Origin: Bacilli bacterium
GTDB taxonomy: Bacteria; Bacillota_I; Bacilli_A; RF39; UBA660
Assembly (NCBI GenBank): GCA_045535005.1
Contig: JAZSKU010000113.1
Coordinates: 1-51,962 of the forward strand
Reading direction: 5' to 3'
Length of the DNA stretch: 51,962 nt
The position numbers were made by a program, and so were the translations under genes. Shown here in pieces: positions 9,783 to 16,518 of the stretch. Numbering within the stretch: position 1 is the stretch's first letter; every line of letters begins with the position of its first letter. The notes beneath the pieces are model-generated. The model saw only the letters and a list, made by a program, of their open reading frames with translations. It made no database searches and was not told the DNA's origin.

Positions 9783-11284
9783 TATCCTTGATGACCTCCT
9801 ATTTGTCTATTTCTATCTTTAGCAGTTGCTCCTTCTTCGAGATTCATTGCCTTTAATATAGCGTTTTTACCATATTTATTTTTTATTTCATAAAGAGTCT
9901 TTTGTAACGCTGAATCTATTTGTTCTTCTTTTTCTTCTTCTTCTCTTTTCTTTTTAACTTCGTTATAATCACTAAATAAATCTATTTGTTCATATTTAGG
10001 AGTATCAACTACTTTATCTTTAGGTATTACATTAGAAGCTACTACATTAATCCTTCTAACTAATAAGTCTTTATTAATTATTCTTTCAAATAATTCAAGC
10101 ATATATTTAGTTATTATTTTAGATGAATATGTTTGATGTGGAATATTAATTGTTCCATGAGCATGTTTTGGTATTAACCTACCATAATGATCTTTTACTA
10201 CTTCTCCTTTATAATATGATGATATCCTTGGGTCTGTTAAATTATCTATATCATAACCTACTGTTAGAACCAATTGATCTGTCACTAGATTTTTGGATAA
10301 TAAATTCATTGATAAAGCATCTGACATTTCTTTTATAATTATTTTAGTTTTATCATATGTATATGGACAATGTAATACTTGTCCTTCACTTACACTGTTT
10401 CTTGTTGGTTTAAATGATTTAATATCTTTTATTGTACATGGTTCCCATCCCCAAGCATGGTCTATTAATAGTTCTGCGTTTACTCCGAAAAGTCTATAAA
10501 GCAAGTCTTCATTTTCAACGGAACATCTTGCGACATCTCCCATCGTATACATTTTATTTTGTTCTAACTTTTTAGCGTAGCCTGGACCTAGGCGCCAAAA
10601 TGCCGTTAGAGGGCGATGATTCCATAGTTTTTCTCTATATTCCATTTCTGTTAAGCTTGATAATCTAACACCATATTTATCTGCTTCCGCATGTTTAGCC
10701 ACTATATCCATTGCCACTTTAGCAAGATACATATTTTCACCTATTCCTGCTGTTGCTGTAATACCTGTTGTTTCATATACATCATGTATTATTTTAGTTA
10801 CTAATTCTTCTGCTGTCATTTTGTAATAACTTAAGTAATTTGTAATATCAGCAAATACTTCATCTATTGAATAAACATATATATCTTCTTTATCAATATA
10901 TTTTAAATATATATTATATATATCAGTACTATATTTCATATAATGAGCCATTCTAGGTGGTGCTACTATATAATCTACTTCTAAATCTATATTATTATTT
11001 AGTTCATCTATATTAAAAGATGAACCTCTAAATCTATTGTATTTGGTTTTCTTTTTTCTTTCATAATTTACATTTCTTACTTTTTGTACTACTTCAAATA
11101 ACCTTGCTCTTCCTGGTATTCCAAATGATTTTAATGATGGTGTTACTGCTAAACATATTGTTTTTTCTGTTCTTGATTTATCAGCAACAACAAGATTAGT
11201 TTTCATAGGATCTAAGTTTCTTTCTCTGCATTCTACTGAGGCATAAAAGCTTTTTAAATCTATACATATATAAGTTTTCTTCAT
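9782..11284 (-). CDS. Y-family (translesion) DNA polymerase, UvrX/YqjW/ImpB-like
   Basis: 500 aa. N-terminus YICIDLKSFYASVECRERNLDP, SIDEVFADIT catalytic acidic motif, AAGGAGG RBS. Confidence 0.85.
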   Translation of the reverse strand: MKKTYICIDLKSFYASVECRERNLDPMKTNLVVADKSRTEKTICLAVTPSLKSFGIPGRARLFEVVQKVRNVNYERKKKTKYNRFRGSSFNIDELNNNIDLEVDYIVAPPRMAHYMKYSTDIYNIYLKYIDKEDIYVYSIDEVFADITNYLSYYKMTAEELVTKIIHDVYETTGITATAGIGENMYLAKVAMDIVAKHAEADKYGVRLSSLTEMEYREKLWNHRPLTAFWRLGPGYAKKLEQNKMYTMGDVARCSVENEDLLYRLFGVNAELLIDHAWGWEPCTIKDIKSFKPTRNSVSEGQVLHCPYTYDKTKIIIKEMSDALSMNLLSKNLVTDQLVLTVGYDIDNLTDPRISSYYKGEVVKDHYGRLIPKHAHGTINIPHQTYSSKIITKYMLELFERIINKDLLVRRINVVASNVIPKDKVVDTPKYEQIDLFSDYNEVKKKREEEEKEEQIDSALQKTLYEIKNKYGKNAILKAMNLEEGATAKDRNRQIGGHQG

Positions 11285-11307
11285 TTTATACCTCCTTAAA
11301 TATTATA

Positions 11308-11384
11308 ACAAACAAGTGTTTTCTTGCATAGCGAACAAATGAAATTTGAGTGTTAAAAAAGATTGTTTTACGAAATATTGTTTG
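11308..11384. promoter_or_regulatory. Candidate LexA-operator-like sites (degenerate Cheo-box right halves, TTGTTyG) in the divergent polymerase / small-ORF intergenic region
   Basis: TCATTTGTTCG lies on the minus strand at 11332..11342 and CACTTGTTTGT on the minus strand at 11308..11318. CGAAATATTGTTTG lies on the plus strand at 11371..11384. A near-identical TCATTTGTTTG sits in the spacer of the lexA promoter (49481..49491). Confidence 0.35.
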
Positions 11385-11391
11385 CTATTGT
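11363..11391 (+). promoter_or_regulatory. Candidate promoter of the small hydrophobic ORF
   Basis: TTGTTT, 17 nt spacer, TATTGT. The spacer carries the CGAAATATTGTTTG box. Confidence 0.35.
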
Positions 11392-11455
11392 TATATATAG
11401 GAACATTTAATAGTTGGGTGGAGCCAATCTTCAACAAAGAAGGGAGGCGATAATA

Positions 11456-11542
11456 ATGAATAAAAAAGATTTGTTGATTTCTATTTTATTGATTATAATT
11501 ATTATTTTATTATTATTGCTTTTTATTACAATAGTAAAATAA
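11456..11542 (+). CDS. 28-aa hydrophobic peptide, type I toxin-like (MNKKDLLISILLIIIIILLLLLFITIVK)
   Basis: Strong RBS AAGGGAGG lies 7 nt upstream of the ATG. The peptide has a charged N-terminus, one TM helix and a C-terminal Lys. It is below the size cut-off of the ORF track. Confidence 0.5.
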   Translation: MNKKDLLISILLIIIIILLLLLFITIVK

Positions 11543-11650
11543 AAAACCACCTAACTCAATGCTGAATTAGGTGAAACCAAAATTATATGGCGACACTCAA
11601 CACGCTAATATTAAGTGTTCCTTTTATATTGTATGAAATTTCTTTCATCT
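11536..11650 (-). ncRNA. Candidate antisense small RNA, convergent with the small hydrophobic ORF
   Basis: A minus-strand promoter reads TTGTTA (11680..11685), 17 nt spacer, TGT-TATTAT (11657..11662). A minus-strand intrinsic terminator follows at 11536..11573 (CACCTAA/TCA..TGA/TTAGGTG then GTTTTTTATTTT), and its U-tract overlaps the stop codon of the small ORF. Confidence 0.3.
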
Positions 11651-11667
11651 ATATACATAATAACATA

Positions 11668-11693
11668 AAAACGACTTTTTAACAAGTCGTTTT
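11668..11693 (-). terminator. Intrinsic terminator after tRNA-Met (symmetric, so possibly bidirectional)
   Basis: AAAACGACTT-loop-AAGTCGTTTT, with A/T runs on both sides. Confidence 0.6.
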
Positions 11694-11702
11694 AAATTCA
11701 CT

Positions 11703-11779
11703 TGGTAGCGACGGAGGGATTCGAACCCCCGACCCTCTGGGTATGAACCAGATGCTCTAGCCAACTGAGCTACATCGCC
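11703..11779 (-). tRNA. tRNA-Met (anticodon CAT), elongator-like, with encoded CCA
   Basis: Minus strand reads GGCGATGTAGCTCAGTTGGCTAGAGCATCTGGTTCATACCCAGAGGGTCGGGGGTTCGAATCCCTCCGTCGCTACCA. It folds as a cloverleaf with D-arm GCTC/GAGC, anticodon loop TTCATAC and T-loop GGTTCGAATCC. A lysidine-modified Ile2 identity cannot be excluded from the sequence alone. Confidence 0.9.
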
Positions 11780-11799
11780 ATAAAAATTCAAGTAACTTA

Positions 11800-11828
11800 A
11801 TATTAACATAATTAATATTTTTTGGCAA
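11800..11828 (-). promoter_or_regulatory. Promoter for tRNA-Met
   Basis: Minus strand reads TTGCCA, 17 nt spacer, TAATAT, about 20 nt upstream of the tRNA 5' end. Confidence 0.5.
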
Positions 11829-11849
11829 TACTTAAATTTTATTTTTTAA

Positions 11850-13112
11850 TTAAAACTTGAAATTTATATCTTCTTTTCTTAGTTTTATAGGATAAATCTC
11901 ATTAATTTTATAGTTTCCTTTTAGTTTTACTGGTATATAGTTCTCAGTAAATCCATGAAAATATCCTTCTTTTTCTTCTTCTATTAATACATTTAATTCT
12001 TTATCTATATTATTTAAGAAATATTCACGCTCTAATTCATTAGATAATTCTAGTAATCTTTTAACTCTTTGTTTCTTTATGTTTCCATCTACTTTGTTTT
12101 TCATTCTTGATGCGACTGTACCTGTTCTATCAGAGTATGGGAATACATGTATTTTTGAGAAGCCTATTTCTTTGCAGAACGATAAAGTACTTTCAAAGTC
12201 TTCATCTGTTTCACCTGGAAAACCTACGATTACATCTGTAGTTAATGATATATTTTCTCTTCTTGATTTTATTTCTTCAACTTTATCTCTAAAATAGTTT
12301 AGATCATATCTTCTATTCATTAGTTTTAATACATTATCACTACCAGCTTGAAGTGGTATATGTAAGTGAGATACAAACTTTTGATTATTTTTAATTATAT
12401 TCATCATTTCCGAATCTAGTTCTACTATTTCTACTGATGAAAGTCTTATTCTTTTTAATAATTCTATTTTAGATAATTCATTTATTAAATCAGATAGTCT
12501 TTTATTATCCGAACTATATTGTCCAGTATGAATACCCGCTAAAACAAGTTCTTTATGATTTGAAAGTGCAAGAGTGTTTGCTTCCATTATTACTTCATTA
12601 AATCTTTTACTTCTTACTCTTCCTCTTACATATGGAATTATACAGTATGAACAAAAATTATTACATCCATCTTCAATTTTTATAAATGCTCTATGATGAT
12701 GTTCATATTTTTTTATTTCCATACTTTCAAATTCTACTTCGTTCATATCATAGAATTTTACTATTTGTTTTCTATCTTTCTCATATTGTTTTATATACTC
12801 TAATACTTTTGATTTATCTTTATTACCTAGGATAATATCAGCATCAATAAGATCAGTTATTTCATTTTGTCTAAATTCACAGAAACAACCAAAAGCAACA
12901 ACAATAGCATCTTTGTTGTTCTTTTTAATATTATTTATTACTTGTTTACTTTTATTGTCTGCTGTATTAGTAACTGTACATGTGTTTATTAAACATATAT
13001 CTGCATTTTCTGTTACTTCAATATATCCATCATTTAAAAGAAGAGCTCTTACGAACTCACTCTCATAACTGTTTACTTTACATCCTAATGTTTTTATTAA
13101 AAATGTTTTCAT
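11850..13112 (-). CDS. mtaB: Radical-SAM methylthiotransferase, MtaB/YqeV type
   Basis: 420 aa. N-terminal MTTase domain (IKTLGCKVNSYES), radical SAM CNNFCSYC motif, C-terminal TRAM-like region. Confidence 0.8.
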   Translation of the reverse strand: MKTFLIKTLGCKVNSYESEFVRALLLNDGYIEVTENADICLINTCTVTNTADNKSKQVINNIKKNNKDAIVVAFGCFCEFRQNEITDLIDADIILGNKDKSKVLEYIKQYEKDRKQIVKFYDMNEVEFESMEIKKYEHHHRAFIKIEDGCNNFCSYCIIPYVRGRVRSKRFNEVIMEANTLALSNHKELVLAGIHTGQYSSDNKRLSDLINELSKIELLKRIRLSSVEIVELDSEMMNIIKNNQKFVSHLHIPLQAGSDNVLKLMNRRYDLNYFRDKVEEIKSRRENISLTTDVIVGFPGETDEDFESTLSFCKEIGFSKIHVFPYSDRTGTVASRMKNKVDGNIKKQRVKRLLELSNELEREYFLNNIDKELNVLIEEEKEGYFHGFTENYIPVKLKGNYKINEIYPIKLRKEDINFKF

Positions 13113-13789
13113 TCTAATGTTAACCTAAACTCTTTAAGTATTTTTAAATATTCTTCTTCTTTTATATAATTATCTACTTGAGTTACTTCTTTCTCTTCAA
13201 CTACTATTTTATTTATTCTAGGTGCATTATCATCTGTTTTTTCATCTTTATAAGTTAGTGTTATATTAGAAGCATTTTTAAGTAATTGTTCATAACTAAT
13301 AATAGCTTTCTTTTCTTGTTCTTCTTCATATTTTTGAATAGCTATTTGGTTATCTGAAATACCTAATGTTTCCATTCTTTCTTTTGTTTTTCTTTCTAAC
13401 TCTTCTGTTGAAATAACAGCGTTTTCTTCTTCTCCTGATTCATATTCATCTATAACTGACTCGTATGTTTTTATATTTGATGTATCTATTTGTTTAATTA
13501 ACGGTTTATTTTCATCAATTATATCGTCATCTGACGTAGCTTTTAATAAATCTAAATCATCTAAGATATCATCTTTTGGAGTTTCTTTTTTAACTTCATA
13601 TTTAGGTACACTTGGTTTAGAATATTCTGCATTTCTTTTCTCTTCTTTTTCAAGCATTTCTAAATATTGTTCTCTTGTTTTAACTAAAGCAAGAACTAGT
13701 ACCAAAAGTATTACTAACATTAATACTAAGAATACTAAGAAGAAATCTCCACTCATAAAATTTTGCATAAATTGATCAAACTTTTCCAT
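13109..13789 (-). CDS. Hypothetical membrane-anchored acidic protein
   Basis: The ORF has a TM helix (FFLVFLVLMLVILLVLVLALV) and a glutamate-rich tail. The ATG at 13789 follows an AAGGAA RBS. The track's 13798 start is a GTG. Confidence 0.45.
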   Translation of the reverse strand: MEKFDQFMQNFMSGDFFLVFLVLMLVILLVLVLALVKTREQYLEMLEKEEKRNAEYSKPSVPKYEVKKETPKDDILDDLDLLKATSDDDIIDENKPLIKQIDTSNIKTYESVIDEYESGEEENAVISTEELERKTKERMETLGISDNQIAIQKYEEEQEKKAIISYEQLLKNASNITLTYKDEKTDDNAPRINKIVVEEKEVTQVDNYIKEEEYLKILKEFRLTLE

Positions 13790-14501
13790 TATTATCACAT
13801 TCCTTTAAGTATTTAACAATTGAAGCTATCATAAGTGGTACTGTTTCTGTTCTTAAAACATCGCTTCCCAAACTTGTTTTAGTGTATCCTTTTTCTACTA
13901 AAATATCTTCTTCAATTTTTGATAGACCACCTTCTGGTCCGAATACTAAATTAATTGTATCATCCCAATTGTCATGTGTTAATACGTTTACAATACTATT
14001 TACATCATCTTTGTCAAGTGAGCACAATATGTTTACACCTTTGCAACTTTGTACATCTTTTAAATCTATTATAGATTCTACTATTGGTTTATCTATTCTA
14101 TAGCATTGTTCACTTGCTTCTTTTAATATTTTATTCCATCTAGTTAATTTCTTTTCAAAGTCTTTTTGTTTTAATTTATACTTGCAATGATTATATTGAA
14201 CCACTATAAATTTTGTTATACCTAGTTCTGTTCCATGTTGAAGTATGAAACTCATTTTTTCTTCACTTAATAGTGGTGTATAAACTAAGAATTCTTTTCT
14301 AATTGTAGTTTCTTTAAATATTTCTTTTATATCAGCACTTATCAGATCATTATTTAGTGTGCATATATAACTTTCTTTATCATATACAACAATTATTTCT
14401 GTGCCACTTTTCATACGCATAACATTCTTTATATGATTTAAGTCATTTTTGTTTAATTCTAAAGTATTATTTTTTTTATTTACTGCGAAATATTGTTGCA
14501 T
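13776..14501 (-). CDS. rsmE: 16S rRNA (uracil1498-N3)-methyltransferase RsmE
   Basis: 241 aa with the C-terminal SPOUT motif LVFGPEGGLSKIEE...LGSDVLRTET. Confidence 0.8.
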   Translation of the reverse strand: MQQYFAVNKKNNTLELNKNDLNHIKNVMRMKSGTEIIVVYDKESYICTLNNDLISADIKEIFKETTIRKEFLVYTPLLSEEKMSFILQHGTELGITKFIVVQYNHCKYKLKQKDFEKKLTRWNKILKEASEQCYRIDKPIVESIIDLKDVQSCKGVNILCSLDKDDVNSIVNVLTHDNWDDTINLVFGPEGGLSKIEEDILVEKGYTKTSLGSDVLRTETVPLMIASIVKYLKECDNNGKV

Positions 14502-14510
14502 ATAACCCTC

Positions 14511-14774
14511 CTATTTCAATTCTATTATTGTTTCTCCATCGTTATAATTATTTGTTTTATAACTTATTATTCTTTTATCATGTTTTAAATAATCGTGTAA
14601 ACTTTTCTTTAATATACCTTCTCCTTTACCATGAACAACCACTATTTTTTTAGCTTCTATTCTTAGAGAATTATCTATAAAGTTATCTACTACTGCTATA
14701 GCTCCATATCTATCATAACCATGTATATCTAAATGAGGAGCATTATATAAAAATGGATCTATAATTTTTCTCAT
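14511..14774 (-). CDS. Stand-alone Smr domain protein
   Basis: LDIHGY...VVHGKGEGILK Smr motifs. The start is placed at the ATG at 14774, which follows an AGAGG RBS; the track ORF extends to 14813 without an RBS. Confidence 0.6.
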   Translation of the reverse strand: MRKIIDPFLYNAPHLDIHGYDRYGAIAVVDNFIDNSLRIEAKKIVVVHGKGEGILKKSLHDYLKHDKRIISYKTNNYNDGETIIELK

Positions 14775-14837
14775 TTTAAACCTCTTTACAGCCTTATTAT
14801 ACAAAGAAATCAATTAAAATACAATGTTTATGGCAAA

Positions 14838-14866
14838 AATAAAAAGTTGCTTAAAAGCAACTTATT
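14838..14866 (-). terminator. Intrinsic terminator of the infC-rpmI-rplT operon
   Basis: Minus strand reads AAGTTGCTT-ttA-AGCAACTT followed by TTTTATTTTT. Confidence 0.7.
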
Positions 14867-14870
14867 TTAA

Positions 14871-15398
14871 TTAATTTAAAGCAGCAACTAAATCAGCTTT
14901 TTTCATACCTGTAGTATCAATATTTTTTGATGCACAGATTTCTTTTAATTCAGCAACTGTTAATTTGCTATAATCAGTTTTTTCTTCAACAGCTTTTTCT
15001 ACTTTAGCAACAACTTCTTTAGCTTCTTTCTTAGGAGCTTTACCTTCTAAAGCTTCTTTAGCTAAAACTACTAATTTAGTAAATTCTTCTGGTGCGAAGA
15101 TAGCAAGTTCACTAAGCATTTTTCTATTGATTTCGATATTTGCTTTCTTAAGACCATTAATGAATTTAGAATAAATTATATCATTATTTCTACAAGCAGC
15201 ATTGATTCTTGTAATCCATAATTTTCTAAAGTCGTTAGCTCTTTTCTTTCTATCATTATAACTATAGTTTCCACTATGGAATAATTGTTCTAGAGCTGTT
15301 TTATATAATCTATGTTTGCTTCCAAAATATCCTTTAGCTCTTTTTAAAACTTTTCTTCTTCTATTTTTAGAAACAACTCCACCTTTAACTCTTGTCAT
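14871..15398 (-). CDS. rplT: 50S ribosomal protein L20 with a ~55-aa C-terminal SAP/HeH-like extension
   Basis: The N-terminal ~120 aa is canonical bL20 ([35 protein letters not shown]...WITRINAA). The tail ...[32 protein letters not shown] resembles a SAP/Rho-N/HeH helix-extended-helix motif. Confidence 0.9.
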   Translation of the reverse strand: MTRVKGGVVSKNRRRKVLKRAKGYFGSKHRLYKTALEQLFHSGNYSYNDRKKRANDFRKLWITRINAACRNNDIIYSKFINGLKKANIEINRKMLSELAIFAPEEFTKLVVLAKEALEGKAPKKEAKEVVAKVEKAVEEKTDYSKLTVAELKEICASKNIDTTGMKKADLVAALN

Positions 15399-15412
15399 CT
15401 AGTAAACCCTCC

Positions 15413-15604
15413 TTATCCTAAAAGTCCTTTGTATCTTCTAGCATCTCCGCTACTTAATACTGAACCCTTTCTTGATTTTCTATTGAAATCTGTTGATTTC
15501 TTTCCACTATTATGGTTAGCACCTACATGTCCAATTTTAGTTGAACCTGAAGCTCTAACTTTAATTTTTTTACTGATACCACCGTGTGATTTCATCTTTG
15601 GCAT
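15413..15604 (-). CDS. rpmI: 50S ribosomal protein L35
   Basis: 63 aa, MPKMKSHGGISKKIKVRASGSTK..., basic composition, positioned between infC and rplT. Confidence 0.9.
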   Translation of the reverse strand: MPKMKSHGGISKKIKVRASGSTKIGHVGANHNSGKKSTDFNRKSRKGSVLSSGDARRYKGLLG

Positions 15605-15621
15605 ATTTTCATCTTCCTTTC

Positions 15622-16143
15622 TTATTTTTTAGGTGTTAAGAATAGTTGCATAGTTCTACCTTCCATTTTAGGCATACTTTCTATATCAGCAACATCACTT
15701 AATTTTTCTGCGAATTTCATTATAACTTCTTTTCCTAATTCAGGATGGGCAAGTTGTCTACCCTTGAATCTTACTGCTACTTTAATTTTGTGACCTTTTT
15801 CTAAATATGCTCTTGCATTTCTAGATTTTGTTTCAAAGTCTCCAACATCAATTGTTACACTAAGTCTATATTCTTTTGTTTCATGATTTTGTTCTCTTTG
15901 TTTTTTCTTAGCCTCTTTTTCTCTTTTTTGTTTTTCATATTTGAACTTATTATAGTCAATAATCTTACAAACAGGATTTTTAGGATCATTGTTTAAAAGA
16001 ACTAAATCAAGTCCTGCATACTTCGCTAAAGTTAATGCATCGGTAATATTTTTAATTCCCATTTTTTCGCCATTTGGCCCGATAACCATGACATTACTAA
16101 AAGTTATTTGTTCGTTCATTAGAACATCGTTTTGCTTAGCTAT
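15622..16143 (-). CDS. infC: Translation initiation factor IF-3, probable non-AUG (ATA) start
   Basis: The IF-3 core is I-AKQNDVLMNEQITFSNVMVIGPNGEKMGI...KIIDYNKFKYEKQKREKEAKKKQ... A GGAGGTG RBS (16151..16157) lies 7 nt upstream of the ATA at 16143, giving 173 aa. The ATG at 16278 used by the track lies inside the leader and has no RBS. Confidence 0.8.
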   Translation of the reverse strand: MAKQNDVLMNEQITFSNVMVIGPNGEKMGIKNITDALTLAKYAGLDLVLLNNDPKNPVCKIIDYNKFKYEKQKREKEAKKKQREQNHETKEYRLSVTIDVGDFETKSRNARAYLEKGHKIKVAVRFKGRQLAHPELGKEVIMKFAEKLSDVADIESMPKMEGRTMQLFLTPKK

Positions 16144-16277
16144 TGCTAACACCTCCATTATAATTAAAAAAGTGGATAGAAATATCCACTTCAAAAGACT
16201 CTTTATTATTTTAAGCTTTTGTACCAATACTCTATAGTATCTGGTGAAGAGTGGATCTCTTTCTTTCTTTTTCAACA
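16144..16277 (-). promoter_or_regulatory. infC operon leader (L20-leader-type transcription attenuator)
   Basis: A terminator, AAGTGGATA-tttc-TATCCACTT followed by TTTTTT (16165..16191), sits immediately before the infC RBS. An upstream copy of ATCCACT can pair with the 5' arm of that stem, forming an antiterminator. This matches the known L20-mediated attenuation in Firmicutes. Confidence 0.55.
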
Positions 16278-16283
16278 AGATAG

Positions 16284-16312
16284 ATTATATAGTAAATACT
16301 CTATTTTGTCAA
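16284..16312 (-). promoter_or_regulatory. Consensus sigma-A promoter of the infC operon
   Basis: Minus strand reads TTGACA, 17 nt spacer, TATAAT. Confidence 0.7.
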
Positions 16313-16360
16313 GTATTTACTTAAATATATTCTAAAATACCACTTTTATTAATTATATCT

Positions 16361-16388
16361 TTTAAAAAGGTACCACTTAAGGTACCTG
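16361..16388 (-). terminator. Intrinsic terminator after proS (archaeal-type)
   Basis: Minus strand reads AGGTACC-ttaagt-GGTACCT followed by TTTTTAAAAG. Confidence 0.65.
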
Positions 16389-16518
16389 TTATTAACTTTT
16401 GAATCATTTAATTACTCATTATTTATTTCAATATCTTCTATCTATATAACCACCTACCTTATGCTTCAATTATATATAAGGAATGTGATAGATTAGTGAA
16501 ATTATAAACTATTTACAC

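Noticed and set aside
11302-11307. TATAAT (with an upstream TG) just upstream of the polymerase gene as its -10 box.
   Set aside because: It lies only 4 nt from the AAGGAGG RBS, so a transcript starting there would lack the RBS. The real promoter must be further upstream, and I could not place it confidently.
11587-11682. 31-aa plus-strand ORF (MATLNTLILSVPFILYEISFIYIHNNIKTTF) between the small toxin-like ORF and tRNA-Met.
   Set aside because: It has no Shine-Dalgarno sequence. It lies within the region better explained as 3' UTR and antisense RNA.
16144-16278. A 218-aa version of infC starting at the ATG at 16278.
   Set aside because: It has no RBS. The extra 45 aa are hydrophobic nonsense that overlap the leader terminator. 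A good RBS precedes the ATA at 16143, which gives a canonical 173-aa IF-3.
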